DNA from: Phyllobates terribilis
Taxonomy: Eukaryota
DNA: 64,000 nucleotides
Reading direction: 5' to 3'
Assembly (NCBI RefSeq): GCF_046119375.1
Contig: NW_027362769.1
Location: 373,364,001-373,428,000, forward strand
The notes below the pieces were generated by a model that was not told the origin of the DNA, ran no database searches, and worked only from the letters and a program-made list of their open reading frames with translations. Made by a program: the position numbers and the translations under genes. Below are positions 51,004 to 64,000 of this stretch, in pieces; the first letter of the stretch is position 1, and every line of letters begins with the position of its first letter.

Positions 51004-51511
51004 GCCGAACATACGCCACCCCCCCACCCCAAAAAAATGGACTCCTCCCAGCACGGCCGATCCCTACCTAGCAAATTTTGCACAAATTGTGGGAGGAGTT
51101 ACTTTCGGATTGATCGGTACGGTTTCCTGTTAACTCTTTAGTGACAGCTGGACTGTGCAGTGCATCAAGTCTCCGGCAACATGGACGACTGATCGACAAA
51201 TCGGATGTTGCTTATGTACAGTTTACGGATTTCCCCCGCCGGTGACAGAAGTGGGGGATGAATATACACCGAGATGCCAGACTCCTGTCTGTATACTCCA
51301 CCTTGTATGTGTGATTACATATTAAAAATACATCACTTTTCAGCGCCGGACTCCGCTCATTTACTGCTTTATTACACCGCAAGAGAGGGACGTCCTGTAG
51401 ACAAATCCTCAAAACAAGAGTCCGCTGTGATCACAATCATATAATCCTCGGTCCGGTGTAAGCTCAGGCCGAAGAGTAAAGTCTCATATAAGGTATAGCG
51501 CCGCCACCGGG

Positions 51512-54500
51512 TCACCCCAGGACACTGTCATTAAAAGCCAGGCTGACCACCGCCTTCTGGTGACCGCTGTACTCCCTCTTGATCTCTCCGGTCTCCACAC
51601 ACCAAAGCCGGGCCAGGTTATCAGACGAGGCTGGAGGAGAAAGCAGAAGGCTAAATATACATCTCCACCGGCAGAATAGTGAGCGCAGCTCTGGAGTATA
51701 ATACAGGATGTAACTCAGGATCAGTAATGTAATGTATGTACACAGTGACTGCACCAGCAGAATAGTGAGTGCAGCTCTGGAGTATAATACAGGATGTAAC
51801 TCAGGATCAGTAATGTAATGTATGTACACAGTGACTGCACCAGCAGAATATTGAGTGCAGCTCTGGAGTATAATACAGGATACAACTCAGGATCAGTACA
51901 GGATCAGTAATGTAATGTATGTACACAGTGACTGCACCAGCAGAATAGTGAGTGCAGCTCTGGAGTATAATACAGGATGTAACTCAGGATCAGTAATGTA
52001 ATGTATGTACACAGTGACTGCACCAGCAGAATATTGAGTGCAGCTCTGGAGTATAATACAGGATACAACTCAGGATCAGTACAGGATCAGTAATGTAATG
52101 TATGTACACAGTGACTGCACCAGCAGAATAGTGAGTGCAGCTCTGGAGTATAATACAGGATGTAACTCAGGATCAGTAATGTAATGTATGTACACAGTGA
52201 CTGCACCAGCAGAATATTGAGTGCAGCTCTGGAGTATAATACAGGATACAACTCAGGATCAGTACAGGATCAGTAATGTAATGTATGTACACAATGACTG
52301 CACCAGCAGAATATTGAGTGCAGCTCTGGAGTATAATACAGGATGTAACTCAGGATCAGTAATGTAATGTACAGGTGCATCTCACTAAATTAGAATATCA
52401 TCAAAAAGTTAATTTATTTCAGTTCTTCAATACAAAAAGTGAAGCTCCTATATTATATAGAGTCATTACAGACAGAGTGATCTATTTCAAGTGTTTATTT
52501 CTGTTAATGTTGATGATTATGGCTTACAGCCAATGAAAACACAGAAGTCATTATCTCAGTAAATTAGAATACTTTATAACAACAGCTTGAAAAATGTTCT
52601 TAAAATTGGAAATGTTATCCTACTGAAATATATGTTCAGTAAATGCCCTCAATACTTGGTCGGGCTCCTTCTGCATCAATTACTGCATCAATGCGGCAAT
52701 GTGGCATGGAGGCGATCAACCTGTGGCCCTGCTGAGGTGTTATGGAAGCCCAGGTGGCTTTGATAGCAGCCTTCAGCTCGTCTGCATTGTTGGGTCTGGG
52801 GTCTCTCATCTTCCTCTTGACAATAACCCATAGATTCTCTATAATAGATTCTCTATGGGGTTAAGGTCAGGCGAGTTTGCTGCCAATCAAGCACAGTGAT
52901 ACTGTTGTGTGTAAACCAGGTATTGGTACTTTTGTCCGTGTGGACAGGGGCCAAGTCCTGCTGGAGAGTGACATTTCCATCTCCAAAAAGCTTGTCGGCA
53001 GAGGGAAGCATGAAGTGCTCTACAATGTCCTGGTAGACGGCTGCGCTGACTTTGGTCTTGATAAAACACAGTGGACCTACACCAGCAGATGACATGGCCC
53101 CCCAAACCATCACTGATTGTGGAAACTTCACACTAGACCTCCAGCAGCTTGGATTGTGGCCTCTTCCTCCAGACTCTGGGACCTTGTGTAGTGTGCCAGT
53201 GACTGCCTTCTAGACATCTGTCACGTCAGCAGTCTTCCCCATGATTGTGGACCCTACTGAAACAGACTAAGGGACCCTTTTAAATGCTTAGGAAGCCTTT
53301 GCAGGTGTTTTTTGTTAATTATTCAAATTTATTGAGTTAATGACTTTTGTGTGTTCATTGGCTGTAAGCCATAATCATCAACATTAACAGAAATAAACAC
53401 TTGAAATAGATCACTCTGTATTGACTATATAATATAGGAGTTTCACTTTTTGTATTGAAGAACTGAAATAAATTAACTTTTTCATGATATTTTAATTTAG
53501 TGAGATGCACCTGTATGTACACAGTGACTGCACCAATAGAATAGTGAGTGCAGCTCTGGAGTATAATACAGGATGTAACTCAGGAGCAGTACAGAATAAG
53601 TAATGTATGTACACAGGGATTGCACCAGCAGAATAGTGAGTGCAGCTCTGGAGTATAATACAGGATGTAACTCAGGATCAGTAATGTAATGTATGTACAC
53701 AGTGACTGCACCAGCAGAATAGTGAGAGCAGCTCTGGAGTATAATACAGGATGTAACTCAGGATCAGTACAGGATCAGTAATGTAATGTATGTACACAGT
53801 GACTGCACCAGCAGAATAGTAAGTGCAGCTCTGGAGTATAATACAGGATGTAACTCAGGATCAGTAATGTAATGTATGTACACAGTGATTGCACCAGAAG
53901 AATAGTGAGTGCAGCTCTGGAGTATAATACAGGATGTAACTCAGGATCAGTAATGTAATGTATGTACACAGTGATTGCACCAGAAGAATAGTGAGTGCAG
54001 CTCTGGAGTATAATACAGGATGTAACTCAGGATCAGTAATGTAATGTATGTACACAGTGACTACATCAGAAGAATAGTGAGTGCAGCTCTGGAGTATAAT
54101 TCAGGATGTAACTGGGGTAAATATGTAAGAACACTATTCCTACCTGTTACAATGTACTGGGAGTCCCCTGAGAAGGCGCAGTCCCACATCCAGCCCCGTG
54201 ACGTCTCTCCTGGGTTATTACTCTTGATACTCAGCTCTGTCATCAGAGAGAAGTTTGACGTCCTCCATATCTTGCAGGTCTGGTCGGCAGAACACGTGGC
54301 CAGCAGCCTGGAAGGGGGGAAAGGGCGTCACATCCAAAGTCGCTAAGCACAATTGTACTGTGACTATAGATGACATACGTGCACGTTCACACTGGGTATT
54401 GGTACACGAGTGCGCACTCACGTGGAATCCGGGCTGAATTTACAGCTGAGCGCGCAGCGACTGTGAGAAGGAATCTTCGTTTTCGGGATGAGCTGTGTGA

Positions 54501-57500
54501 GATCTTCCCCGAGGCCTCCTGTCAGGTTCCAGACAAAGCAATTTCCCTAAGATGAAGTATAAAGGTTAGGAGACAATCCGCACTCGTCAGTCTTCCTTCC
54601 TGATCCCTCATACACGTGCACGCTGGGATTGGTCAAGCATGCATGTCTTCTCAGTGGGAAGAGTTGGATATGTTGAAAACAAGGTGCCTGATCCTTCTCT
54701 TCCCAGTTATCTGCTGTCAGGGAGGGGAAGAGCTAAGGGGCTCCTCATCCACATTAGATGGTGGGCTGCACATAATAGCAAAATCAAGTGTGAATTACGG
54801 CCAATAAAACCTCAGCAGGTTTGCAGTGCCAGAGACCACCCCTTTAAGACTGTGGAAGTATCATCATTTGGCCACAACTTTAGCAAACAGTGCAGCGAAG
54901 AAATGATTTACCAGGGAGGGTGGGATGATAGGTACACATAATATTCTACTAAGTGCAAAACCAAGGTGAGGACCTGGGGCCCTTAAAGGATTTATCCATC
55001 TGACTGCAGGAACAATTCTCAGCAGCCCATTGTGCAGGGAAATGCAGCAAGACACCCTCTGAAATAAATGGGGCGGACTACACTTTACTGCCCAGCCAGG
55101 CGGCAGTTCTTCACCCCCCTTCATTCTCAGGATCAGTGAGGGCCCCATAAGCTACACGCCGGCACTCACAAAGCTGTTGACGGCGGCCATGTAACTGGCG
55201 TCTGGGTCTATGTGGACGGCGTTGACGGCTGCATCGACTTCAGGAATAAGCTGCTCGTTCTGATCTGTTTTGAGGTCCCATATGTGGATCGCTCCGCTCT
55301 GGTCGCCCACGATGAGCTCGGCCTAAGGAGAGAATAAAAAAAATAGGAAGTGATAGGAGCGTGGAACGGTGAATCCTCTTGGACCGCTAGCTTCAAATGC
55401 CACAGTTAGACAGTCATAGCAGCAATTAAGGCGTTAACAGCAGCAGGAGGAGATCATCTTAGAGGCAGATGCCGACTATGTAGCACAGCCATCATCTTCT
55501 GGATATGGTGCAGACTCTGTTCCTGAGCCTGCATCATACACAGGGTCCCAACATAGGATGTACTAGTACACCAAATATCAAGAAAGTTGCAAGAAACTCA
55601 CTTGGCACAATTGGGAAAGTTATCACCGATCCACTTGCTGAAACCCTCGATCACAAAAACAGGGCTCTGAATTACAGCCCTCAGCTGTCTCCATTTGTCC
55701 CGTACACAACGATTGGAGCATGGGCTCAAATGCACGACCTCCGAACCCTTTTAATGGGACATTTCAGATCCCCATTAATATATTTTCTAGCTGGATTAAA
55801 GGAATGTAGAATTCTAGACTTTTTTTTTCTTTCTTCATCTCTACCCTTGTAACCTTGACACTGTCCCTTTAAATAGTCTGGGGGCAGAATGTCCTACATC
55901 CGTAAGATAAGTTCCCAGGACCGGCCCAGGGGCTTGGAGTAAGGATTACATTTTTGTTCTGTTTAGACACAAAAGAGCTTTGTATGAGGGGAAATCTCCC
56001 AAATAACAAGGTGGCATTGTGTCTGCGGGCTTATCTCCCGTGTAAAGCGCAGCTGCCTGCACACACCTGGCCGACTTACCTTACTAAAAGACAACTTTCA
56101 CAGCGCCGCGAGAACATTATGTGCACGTGTCGAAAGAAAGGGGAACTGGGGTCTGCGCCGATCACATCCAGATATATAGGATAAGGTAACGCGCCACAAA
56201 AGCTTAGTCTGAGACTTGGTAGAAAAATCAGCCTAAAGGGTCAAGGAGCCTTAGAAAAAGTTCAAAAACTTTCTAATAAACTTTGTTTCAACTCCTCGGC
56301 TTGTTGCCAGTGAATAGAAAGCTGCTTGTCCAGGAGAACAAAGCGAGCGGGCAGTGTAAAATCAGACATGTCCGATCGACATCTCCCCCGACGATCAGTT
56401 GGCCGGCGCCCCCATACACAGAGAGTCGGCTGAACCCGTCGATATTAGTCTGATGTGTGTGGGGGGCTTTAGTTATGTCCATCCAGAGATATCAAGAAGA
56501 ATTCTTAAAAACATTAAACAAAACACAAAGGACTCAATTCAGTATTGAGGTTTTATTTTTCAAAGTCCTTTTCTTTTTTTTTGTCTTCTGGTATTCATGG
56601 ACAATTTTTTTTTACACCAAATTCTTCCAAAATGCTGCACGTGGTTCATGAATTTCGTGCGACATCAAAAATTCTCTTTATTTTTGTCATTTAGAGCAAG
56701 AGAGCCGCATGTTCTGCTAAAATGTAGAAAAATGTTCAGGCGCGCATAAAAAAAAAAAAAATCATTCCAGGAGGAATGGACTGGATTACAATTTGCAACT
56801 TTTTTTTTTAAAGAAGTCGCAATTGATCAATCGGTCACAGACATATGGAAATCCCTAAACCTTGCCCACAATGGCAAATATAAAAACACACACACACACA
56901 CTAAGAAGAATGAAAAGAACGGAAGAAAGACACCAAAAAAGGAGACAGGTCCAGAGGCTCCCCAGACAGGCCGCGGCCAGGGCCTCACCCGTCACATTTT
57001 AGAGGTGATATTTAGTCACTTTATATTTCGGTTTTCCGTGGCAGTCTATGTATGAAGATGGTACAGCATAGTGACTCCTAGGAGCACAGTCCATACCCCA
57101 GGACCTGGCCGTGCTCCAGACAGCCATGCCAAACCTAAATGATAGTTTCCTTGTTGATTTTCCTCTTTGTGAACACTGGCTATTCATTACAATTGCTGAG
57201 GGCCTGACCACCCAGACCCATCCCAAGAATGAGGCTTTACAGAGACCCTCTGTCTTAACCACCAGCGATCAGTAAGTTCTCTTCTATCCCATGCATAGGG
57301 TAATAGGGTAGAACTTTCAATCTCTGGAGAAACCCCCTTAAAGGTGTGAATATACCTCAAGACTGGCTGCAGGGCACTTACCTGGTTGGGATGGAGAACG
57401 ACACAATTGATTGGAGCATTTACTTGGAAGATTCGCTGACACTGAAGGTTCCTTGACCTGCGAATAAAACAAATAATAAATCAGAAGACTCAATGTGGTA

Positions 57501-59646
57501 GATGCGAGTGATTAAAGGGGTTGTCAAATAAAGACCCATAAAAGATCTTCTGCGCAGGAAGCTCTTTCACAAGTCAGAAATATTTAGGTGGCTGCCACTG
57601 TGCCCATAAAATCGCCAGCGGCTGTAATACAAAGCCACGACTGCCCGGATCAGAGAAAATTTTTATCACGGCGGTATACAAACACCTTGTAGCCATGATC
57701 GCTGGGGATTACAGACCAGGTCCATGGCGCTCAGCTGATCGCAGGCTGTCTTTATTTTATGTATTGATTTTCATATAATGATATAATTATATGGGAGCAT
57801 AAATCCACCAAAAGCAATAAAAATCCTCAAATACTAATGAAGTGGAAGCAGGGAGCTGTCATACCTCAGGTCCCATATCCGGGCCATGCAGTCTTCTCCG
57901 CCGGTATACATCCAGCGTCCATCCTCGTGGAATCCGACAGATGTGATGTTCTTGCTGACGCCGTCGTAGTTTATAACAGGATTGGGGTTGTTGGAGTTCA
58001 GATCGTACATTCGGATGTGCTGATATCCTAGGAACAAGAGCACAAGGCCGGGGCGGATTAAGAAATTGGGTGAATGCAACGTGTCAGAATTATAAGATAT
58101 TTATTACAGTTAAATGGGTTATCCGGGACCCCCACTGATCAGCAGAAAGGGGGAGTAGTGCTCATTTGGGCACTGTGCTGTCAATATAAGCGCCCATCCA
58201 GCACCACTGCAATACCAGACACAGATATATGGCAGTGGTGTCAGGTACGATAGGAGGGACCATTAGGAATCATACATTGAAGGCTTATCCTCAAAGGGGT
58301 TAGCGCCTCTCATGCAGAGGGTCCCCTAAGGTTGCCCTGAAGGCCACTTGCCCAAAAGTATCATGTGCAAGTCCTACTCTAGTTGATCGGACGATTAGAT
58401 AATACCTTATGGTTGTGCATGAGACCTGTCACTATCCAGCAGGAGGAAGTCACTGTAACACCAGCTGCACCCCTTCCAATGTGGAAGTGTAAACCACCAG
58501 TTAACCCCTTAAAGTTCCCTACACACAAAATATTAATCATCTAACATGTATGGGAAGAAAAGGTGCAAATCGATTCACAGGACCCGGTTCACTGTCCACG
58601 TCAATAATCTGCGGTCACCGGACGGAAGTCCTGAGAACCGCTTCCTATCTGACGACATCCACGACTCCTCTCTTGATTAGCCAGCCTGGTGCAACAACAA
58701 CGTCGGGGCGTGACGGACATACAACATCACACGAGGTTTGCTAATCAATAGAAGAGCCATGGATGCTAGCAGGTAGGAAGTGGTTCCTTGGCCCCTCGTC
58801 TGGTGACCACAAATTATTGACGTGGACACTTGACCGGGTCAATAAGTTGATTCGCACCATCTCTAGTATGTGGGGCATTCAGGACCCTCACTCGAAGTCT
58901 GGTTTTAAACATCTAAAATTCATGGTTCTAGGTATGGACCGTAATGTCCAGACTGGTTGCCCCCAAATTCAACAGACTCATGTATTCCTGTGTGGCTGTT
59001 GAGTTCAAAACAGACCTGCAACCATATTCCGTACTAGGACCACGACGGTCAGATAAGTAATACCGGCCTAATGATGACCGAGGAGAAGAGAAGGATGGGG
59101 CATGTTGAAGTAAAATGCCTGATCCTTTTATCACCCCAGGGAGGTCGCTGACAGAGGTGACATCGACTTATTCTACTCACCCTATTGAAAACAAATTAAT
59201 TGAGCATATATGTGTATGAGGGAGGGTGTCTGACCGCTATCCAAGGTGTATGGCCGCCCCTTATCAGATGGAAATCACTGCCGGTCGCTCACCTGCAGCT
59301 GCAATCATGCTTCGATCCGGAGTCACTTCCAGAGAGTTTACTTGCTAAAACTTTCAGTCAAGGAACACAATGAAGCAGAAACACAACCTGCGTGAGGTCA
59401 GAGACACTGAACAATAGGACTATAAACAAAGGAATGGACATAAAAACCCCACACATGTATTCGACAATGGGTGACTAGTCCTGCCCTATAATAAAGAAAA
59501 CGTCTGAAGGATACAGAGTCCTGGTGCTGGACGGTCCGCGTGCAGATGCCGCTATGGGCTTGCCAAAACCTCACCGTGTGGTCATATCCGGCTGTGGCGA
59601 GAATGACGGGATCGCTGCCCACGGTGCCCTGTGAGGAGTTCAACAT
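51512..59646 (-). CDS. MLST8: MTOR-associated protein LST8 homolog (WD40), 8 coding exons, 327 aa
   Basis: Exons 59646-59515, 59344-59293, 58027-57865, 57457-57382, 55322-55170, 54546-54422, 54307-54144, 51630-51512 (984 nt, all GT-AG). Sequence runs [33 protein letters not shown]...[23 protein letters not shown] on the minus strand at 51373-51368. Confidence 0.98.
51671..54113. repeat. 86/97-bp satellite filling the last MLST8 intron, split by a Tc1 insertion
   Basis: Unit CAGTGACTGCACCAGCAGAATAGTGAGTGCAGCTCTGGAGTATAATACAGGATGTAACTCAGGATCAGTAATGTAATGTATGTACA; unit starts at 51743, 51829, 51926, 52012, 52109, 52195, 52292. Confidence 0.95.
52372..53513 (-). mobile_element. Internally deleted Tc1 element (1142 bp, ~200-bp TIRs)
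   Basis: TA TSDs at 52370-52371 and 53514-53515; TIR CAGGTGCATCTCACTAAATTAGAATATC; transposase remnant [16 protein letters not shown]...QQDLAP with a frameshift near [10 protein letters not shown]. Confidence 0.93.
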
Positions 59647-60166
59647 GGTTCCTAAATATAGGAAAAAGATTAATGAAAAAGAATGAATGTTTGCAGCAGC
59701 AGCAGCAAACACCCCCTTCCTCTTTTGGACCCTCCAATATCAACACCGCTCCTCTTGGCTTGGATTGACAGCTATACTGCCCCGATATGTCCTGTCTTCA
59801 TTGTGCCTTCCTGCATTGGCTCATGGGCAGTACGTGCCATACAGTAAGAAGACAATCGTGCTGAATTTTGGGGGCAAATTGCCTTACCACCCCTCTGCCG
59901 CTATCTTTCCAATGCAAACTGGGTCCTCTGCCAGTCTCATTACACAGGAAAAGCTAAGAGATGTCCAATCAGCCAGCCCCCATAAAGGACCTAGGGGACG
60001 GGAGCAGAGGGGTACGGGCGAGTATCGCTTTATCCTTCCTACAGACTATTTCCGCAGTTTTGTGCCAAAAGTCTGCAGAGGTAAAATCCATGGAGTTTTC
60101 CGCAGGTCTAAATGGAAATCAATGTGGAATTGCAGCTGTGGATTTGTCTTGGTACACCTATATATA

Positions 60167-61296
60167 TCTTCTGTATAAATAAAAATGTAAATGTTCATTT
60201 GTTCAAAATCTTAAATCTCCGAAAGTTCTTCACCGATTGCTTTGAAATTTTGACATAACGTTGCATTCGAATACATGCATGTTTTTATATACCTACTATG
60301 TTTTTATATACCAGCTGTTGGAAGTAAAAGCAACAGCAAGAGGGGGGTGTTACGAGCTCAGTCCCAGGCTGACTCTCCTCGGCCGCTCGGCATTCTCCCT
60401 CCCCTTGTTGACATCTCAATCATAAACCCTTCTCCCTCTCCTTCATTCGCCCCAGCCGCTGCCTGTGCTCTGTTCCTTTCCTGTCCCGTGTGGGGGTTAG
60501 GGGGAAGGGGAATGACGAGACCGTCTGTTTGAGGCCAAAAGATGCTGCTGCTCATCACCACCACTGCTTGAGAGGCGGCGGCCTCTGCTCTCTGGCACCG
60601 CTGCTGCGGCTTCTTCTCCAGCAGGTGAGTCTTATTTCCGACTGCGCAACAAACGGGGGAGGGAGGGAAGGAGAGAGGGAGGCTGCACGGAGAGGCGGAG
60701 GCCACGGCCTCCGCTTTGGGCGCTGAGCTTGGCCCATGCCTCGCAGCAGTGGGCGGATAGTGAGCGAGTGCAAATCCCACTGCGCCACCGGCGGAAGTGG
60801 CACTGTGACCTGGCCGGTACCGGCACGGGACATGTCAAGCGGATCACCCCCTCCTCCTCTGCCGCCGCCTGCCTTCATCTCTGCGCCCCCTCCAGTCACA
60901 ATCCCTTGGTACTAGGGAATTGCATAACTAGCAATCCCTGACATGACCGGCTCCATTGTCACACCTGACGGTGTCAAAATTTCAAAAGGAATCGGTGAAC
61001 AACTTTTGGAGATTTACGATTTTGAAATTTGCAATCACCATCAATAAAGCTCAGGACCAATCTTTACAATTGTGCGGTTCACATCTAGACACGGATTGCT
61101 TCTCACATGGACAATTAATTATATGTTGTGTGTTCTAGAGTCGGCAAATCAGATAATCTCTATATCTACACAGACAATGGAACAACAAAAAATATTGTAT
61201 ACCCACAAGCATTGTGAAATTACATATTTTAGAAACGTGCGTTCTTTTCCATTTAACCAGACTGAGCCACAGTAACGCGTGGCCGGGTACAGCTAG
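60167..61296 (+). mobile_element. Probable non-autonomous Helitron in the MLST8 5' region, carrying a GC-rich insert
   Basis: 5' A|TC start (60166|60167); 3' CTAG|T end (61293-61296|61297); hairpin GCCAC-8nt-GTGGC (61266-61283) ending 9 nt before CTAG; no TSD. Confidence 0.62.
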
Positions 61297-61729
61297 TCTG
61301 TAATAAAGATTTAAAGGGTTTTCCAGTTTCAGAAAACCCCTGTCCCTTTACTGCATTTTTTTCTACTCACCCTCCCCTGGTCCAACTACTGCTCCCTATG
61401 TCTTATTGTCTGCAGTGCTCACATCATCAGCGCTGCCACCAATTATTCAATTCGACTCAGCTCATGCTGTGGAGCCGCTGAGCTCACGGATTGGCTGCAG
61501 TGCTGTTGATGTGACTTCAGCGCTGTAGACAATAACGGACATAGGGAGCAGCAGAGATTTAGCGCTGGACCGGGGGAGGGTGAGTAAATAATTGCTTTAA
61601 TTTAAAAAAAAAAAAAAAAAAACAGGATTTTTTTTAAACTCTACAGTAAGTTTCCATAAAAATCCACAACATAAATGAACACATAATATCCACAGATAAT
61701 CTGCTAAAACCCAGTAACTGTAGGACTGC

Positions 61730-61970
61730 TCACATCTGAGGGTTTGTTACAATGGCAGCAGCCAGGACAGGAAGACTAAACAACTCCCTGCCAAATCCAG
61801 CAGCTGCAGAACTACAAGTCCCAGCAGGACAGTCCAAGCCAGGGTGCTCGCCCACCACCTCCCTCTGCACATCTCCCGGGCCTCCCATCCCTCCTGCGCC
61901 TCCTCACCTCCAGTCCTGCACTGCACGTCTGCGCACAGGGATGACGTCATAGGCTCTGCTCACGTGTCCA
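61730..61970 (-). promoter_or_regulatory. Putative MLST8 promoter and non-coding first exon
   Basis: Palindromic CRE ATGACGTCAT 61941-61950; E-box CACGTG 61961-61966; candidate minus-strand GTGAG donors at ~61733 and ~61908. The coding exon has an acceptor 5 nt before the ATG, so an upstream UTR exon is required. Confidence 0.5.
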
Positions 61971-62265
61971 GAGTAAGTCTCCAGCCACAACCGTGTTGTT
62001 TTTGCAAATAGACGAGACTAGACAGTAGAAGTTTTTTCCGAAAATTGTCGTCTTCCTATATGGAGCCATTTTTCCGAGGTCCAATGTAAAATGATAGGAA
62101 AGGACTCAGGAAAAATGGCCGCTGCCAAGGTAAAGACCGAGAAGTGACAGTTTGTCCTCTAGTGACTGAAGCTATATTTGTTGCCTGGCAACCGGAAAAG
62201 ACGGTAAAGAACATACGGAAGAAGGTGTGGGGGTTATAATAGAATATGGAGCGTAATAAGGATAA

Positions 62266-63010
62266 TTAACCCCTTCCCTCCTCAGCTAATTTTCGTTTTT
62301 GTTCTTTCCTTTTTTTTTTCCTTTTCTTCCAAGAGCTGTAAAGATTTGTTTTGTTATTTTTCCATCCTCATTGCCAGACGAGGTCTTGTTTCTTGTGGGA
62401 CTGGTTGTATTTTCGAATGACACCGTTCACTTTACCATATAATGTCCTGAAAAACTGGGGGGAAAAAAAAGCCCAAACGTGGTGAAATGGGGAGAAAAAA
62501 AACCATTGGTTTTACGGTGTACAATCTGCGGTAAAAACGAGCCGGTAACGCGACTCTCCCGGGCGGTACGATTACGGCAATACCAAATTTTTTTATTTAT
62601 GTGGTGAAAAAAAAAATAAAATCAGAATTTTATAAAGAATACGACTTTTTGCCGCCGTTTTCCAAAATCCGTAATGTTTTTTTCTGCCGTCGGTGGAGCC
62701 GTGTGAGGGGATTGCTGTTCTTTTTTTTAGTGGAGTTTTTATTGATATCATTTTGGTAGATCTGACTTTTTTCGCTTTTCGAATAACAGCAATATCGGCG
62801 TCTCTAATTTTTTTTTACTTCTATCGTACGGATTAAATAATTGTATATTTCGATAGACCGGACTTTTGCAGACAAGGCGATACGGAACATGTTTAATTTT
62901 ATTTATTTATTTATTTTTATTTGAATTCTTTTTTTTTTCTTTTTATTTCATTAATTTTTTTTTAATGATTTTACTAATTTTTAAACCTTTTTTTTTTTTT
63001 TAAATGTATA
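62266..63010. mobile_element. Left-end fragment of the TTAACCCCTT-type non-autonomous element
   Basis: Starts TTAACCCCTT; similar to the reverse complement of 7522-8180. Confidence 0.5.
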
Positions 63011-64000
63011 TTCTTCTTTGCAGAATCCATTTCTCAACAGTCAGACCCACTGGTGGACACTGACAGAAAAGGACCCCTGTGCAAGGGCAATATGTACAAT
63101 ATGGGCCCTTTGGAGGCCAATAGCTCATCACAATGCACAATTCCACTTATTTTGGAGACTCAATATATACAATTCTACATTGTTCACATGTCCTCCATTT
63201 AAACTATATTCCTATAAATATGACATGGAAACTTATATTGTTTAAAACATAGCATTTATTAATAGAATAATTAAAATTACATAAAAATCACAAAAGAGAA
63301 AAGGGAAGAGGCCCACATAATAAAGAAGATCAGTCTCAGGGGTATAAAAAGATAAATACAGTCAGAAAATTATCCTAGAAACACCATGTGTTTGGTTATC
63401 TTTGACAAACGTTATTGATAACGATATAGCACTGTACCACAGAATAAAGCATTATATGGCTCTCATGGACAGAGGGGGAGAGAGTATAAGTCAATAAGGT
63501 GCATATGCATAAAGTGCTAAGTGCCTAGTGCGTCCAGACCCACTCTCCACCCCTCTCCAAGAACCTCCAACATAAAGACCTGTGGTACAAATAAAGAGCT
63601 TAATGGAGATAGAACGATTGTCATCGATTAACCAGTCAGATTAACTATTATTATCATGGTGACATACAGTATATAGAAGAGGTGAAATAAGGATACATGA
63701 TGTGAATACTGACCCGTGAGTACTGACGCGCGTTTCGCCACTGGCTTTGACGAGGATATATTGTGAGACCATTGAGGTAAATATTTAAAGAAAGCCTGAC
63801 CAATCCTGGGCATACGTTTAATGAGACAGGTGTAACCGTTTGGGGATGTTTGTTTGGTGGGCAGACACATGGTACCATGCTTATAGTTGACCGATCGTGG
63901 CATCCACATGCGAGCTGCGTCTAGTGAAAGCGCAGCATCGTATTCGGAGGCAGCGTCGGCATGCATGTCACAGTGGAACGCACGGGGCGGAAGTCACTGT

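Noticed and set aside
63720-63760. Possible Penelope-type minimal hammerhead ribozyme on the minus strand (…GCCAGTGGCGAAACGCG…)
   Set aside because: GAAAC and a tiny stem II are present, but the CUGANGA core is not (CTCGTCAA). At most a decayed retroelement fragment.

Overview
Vertebrate genomic DNA, almost certainly a frog. This is inferred from the amphibian-type transposons and minisatellites; the species cannot be fixed from sequence alone. The window holds the block E4F1(-), PGP(+), BRICD5(+), MLST8(-), matching the gene order and relative orientation I recall for human 16p13.3. I rebuilt all four genes by hand from GT-AG splice sites; E4F1 runs off the left edge. Between E4F1 and PGP lies a gene the ORF track does not reveal because its exons are small: a 7-exon, 241-aa TEX47 (C7orf62) homolog (21289-26539,+). 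It has an RFX X-box/forkhead/CRE promoter typical of motile-cilia and sperm genes. Its N-terminal half aligns in register with the bacterial BLUF flavin-photoreceptor motif, keeping Tyr, Asn and Trp but with Gln replaced by His. Just upstream is a three-level transposon nest: an hAT-like non-autonomous element holds a DD38E Tc1-like element, which holds a full-length Gypsy LTR retrotransposon with a UUUAAAC plus pseudoknot -1 frameshift signal. The rest is dominated by minisatellites, MITEs, two more Tc1 elements, a telomere-like 69-bp higher-order repeat and a probable Helitron carrying a GC-rich exon-like fragment. All alignments and counts were done by eye. Homolog sequences are recalled, not searched.
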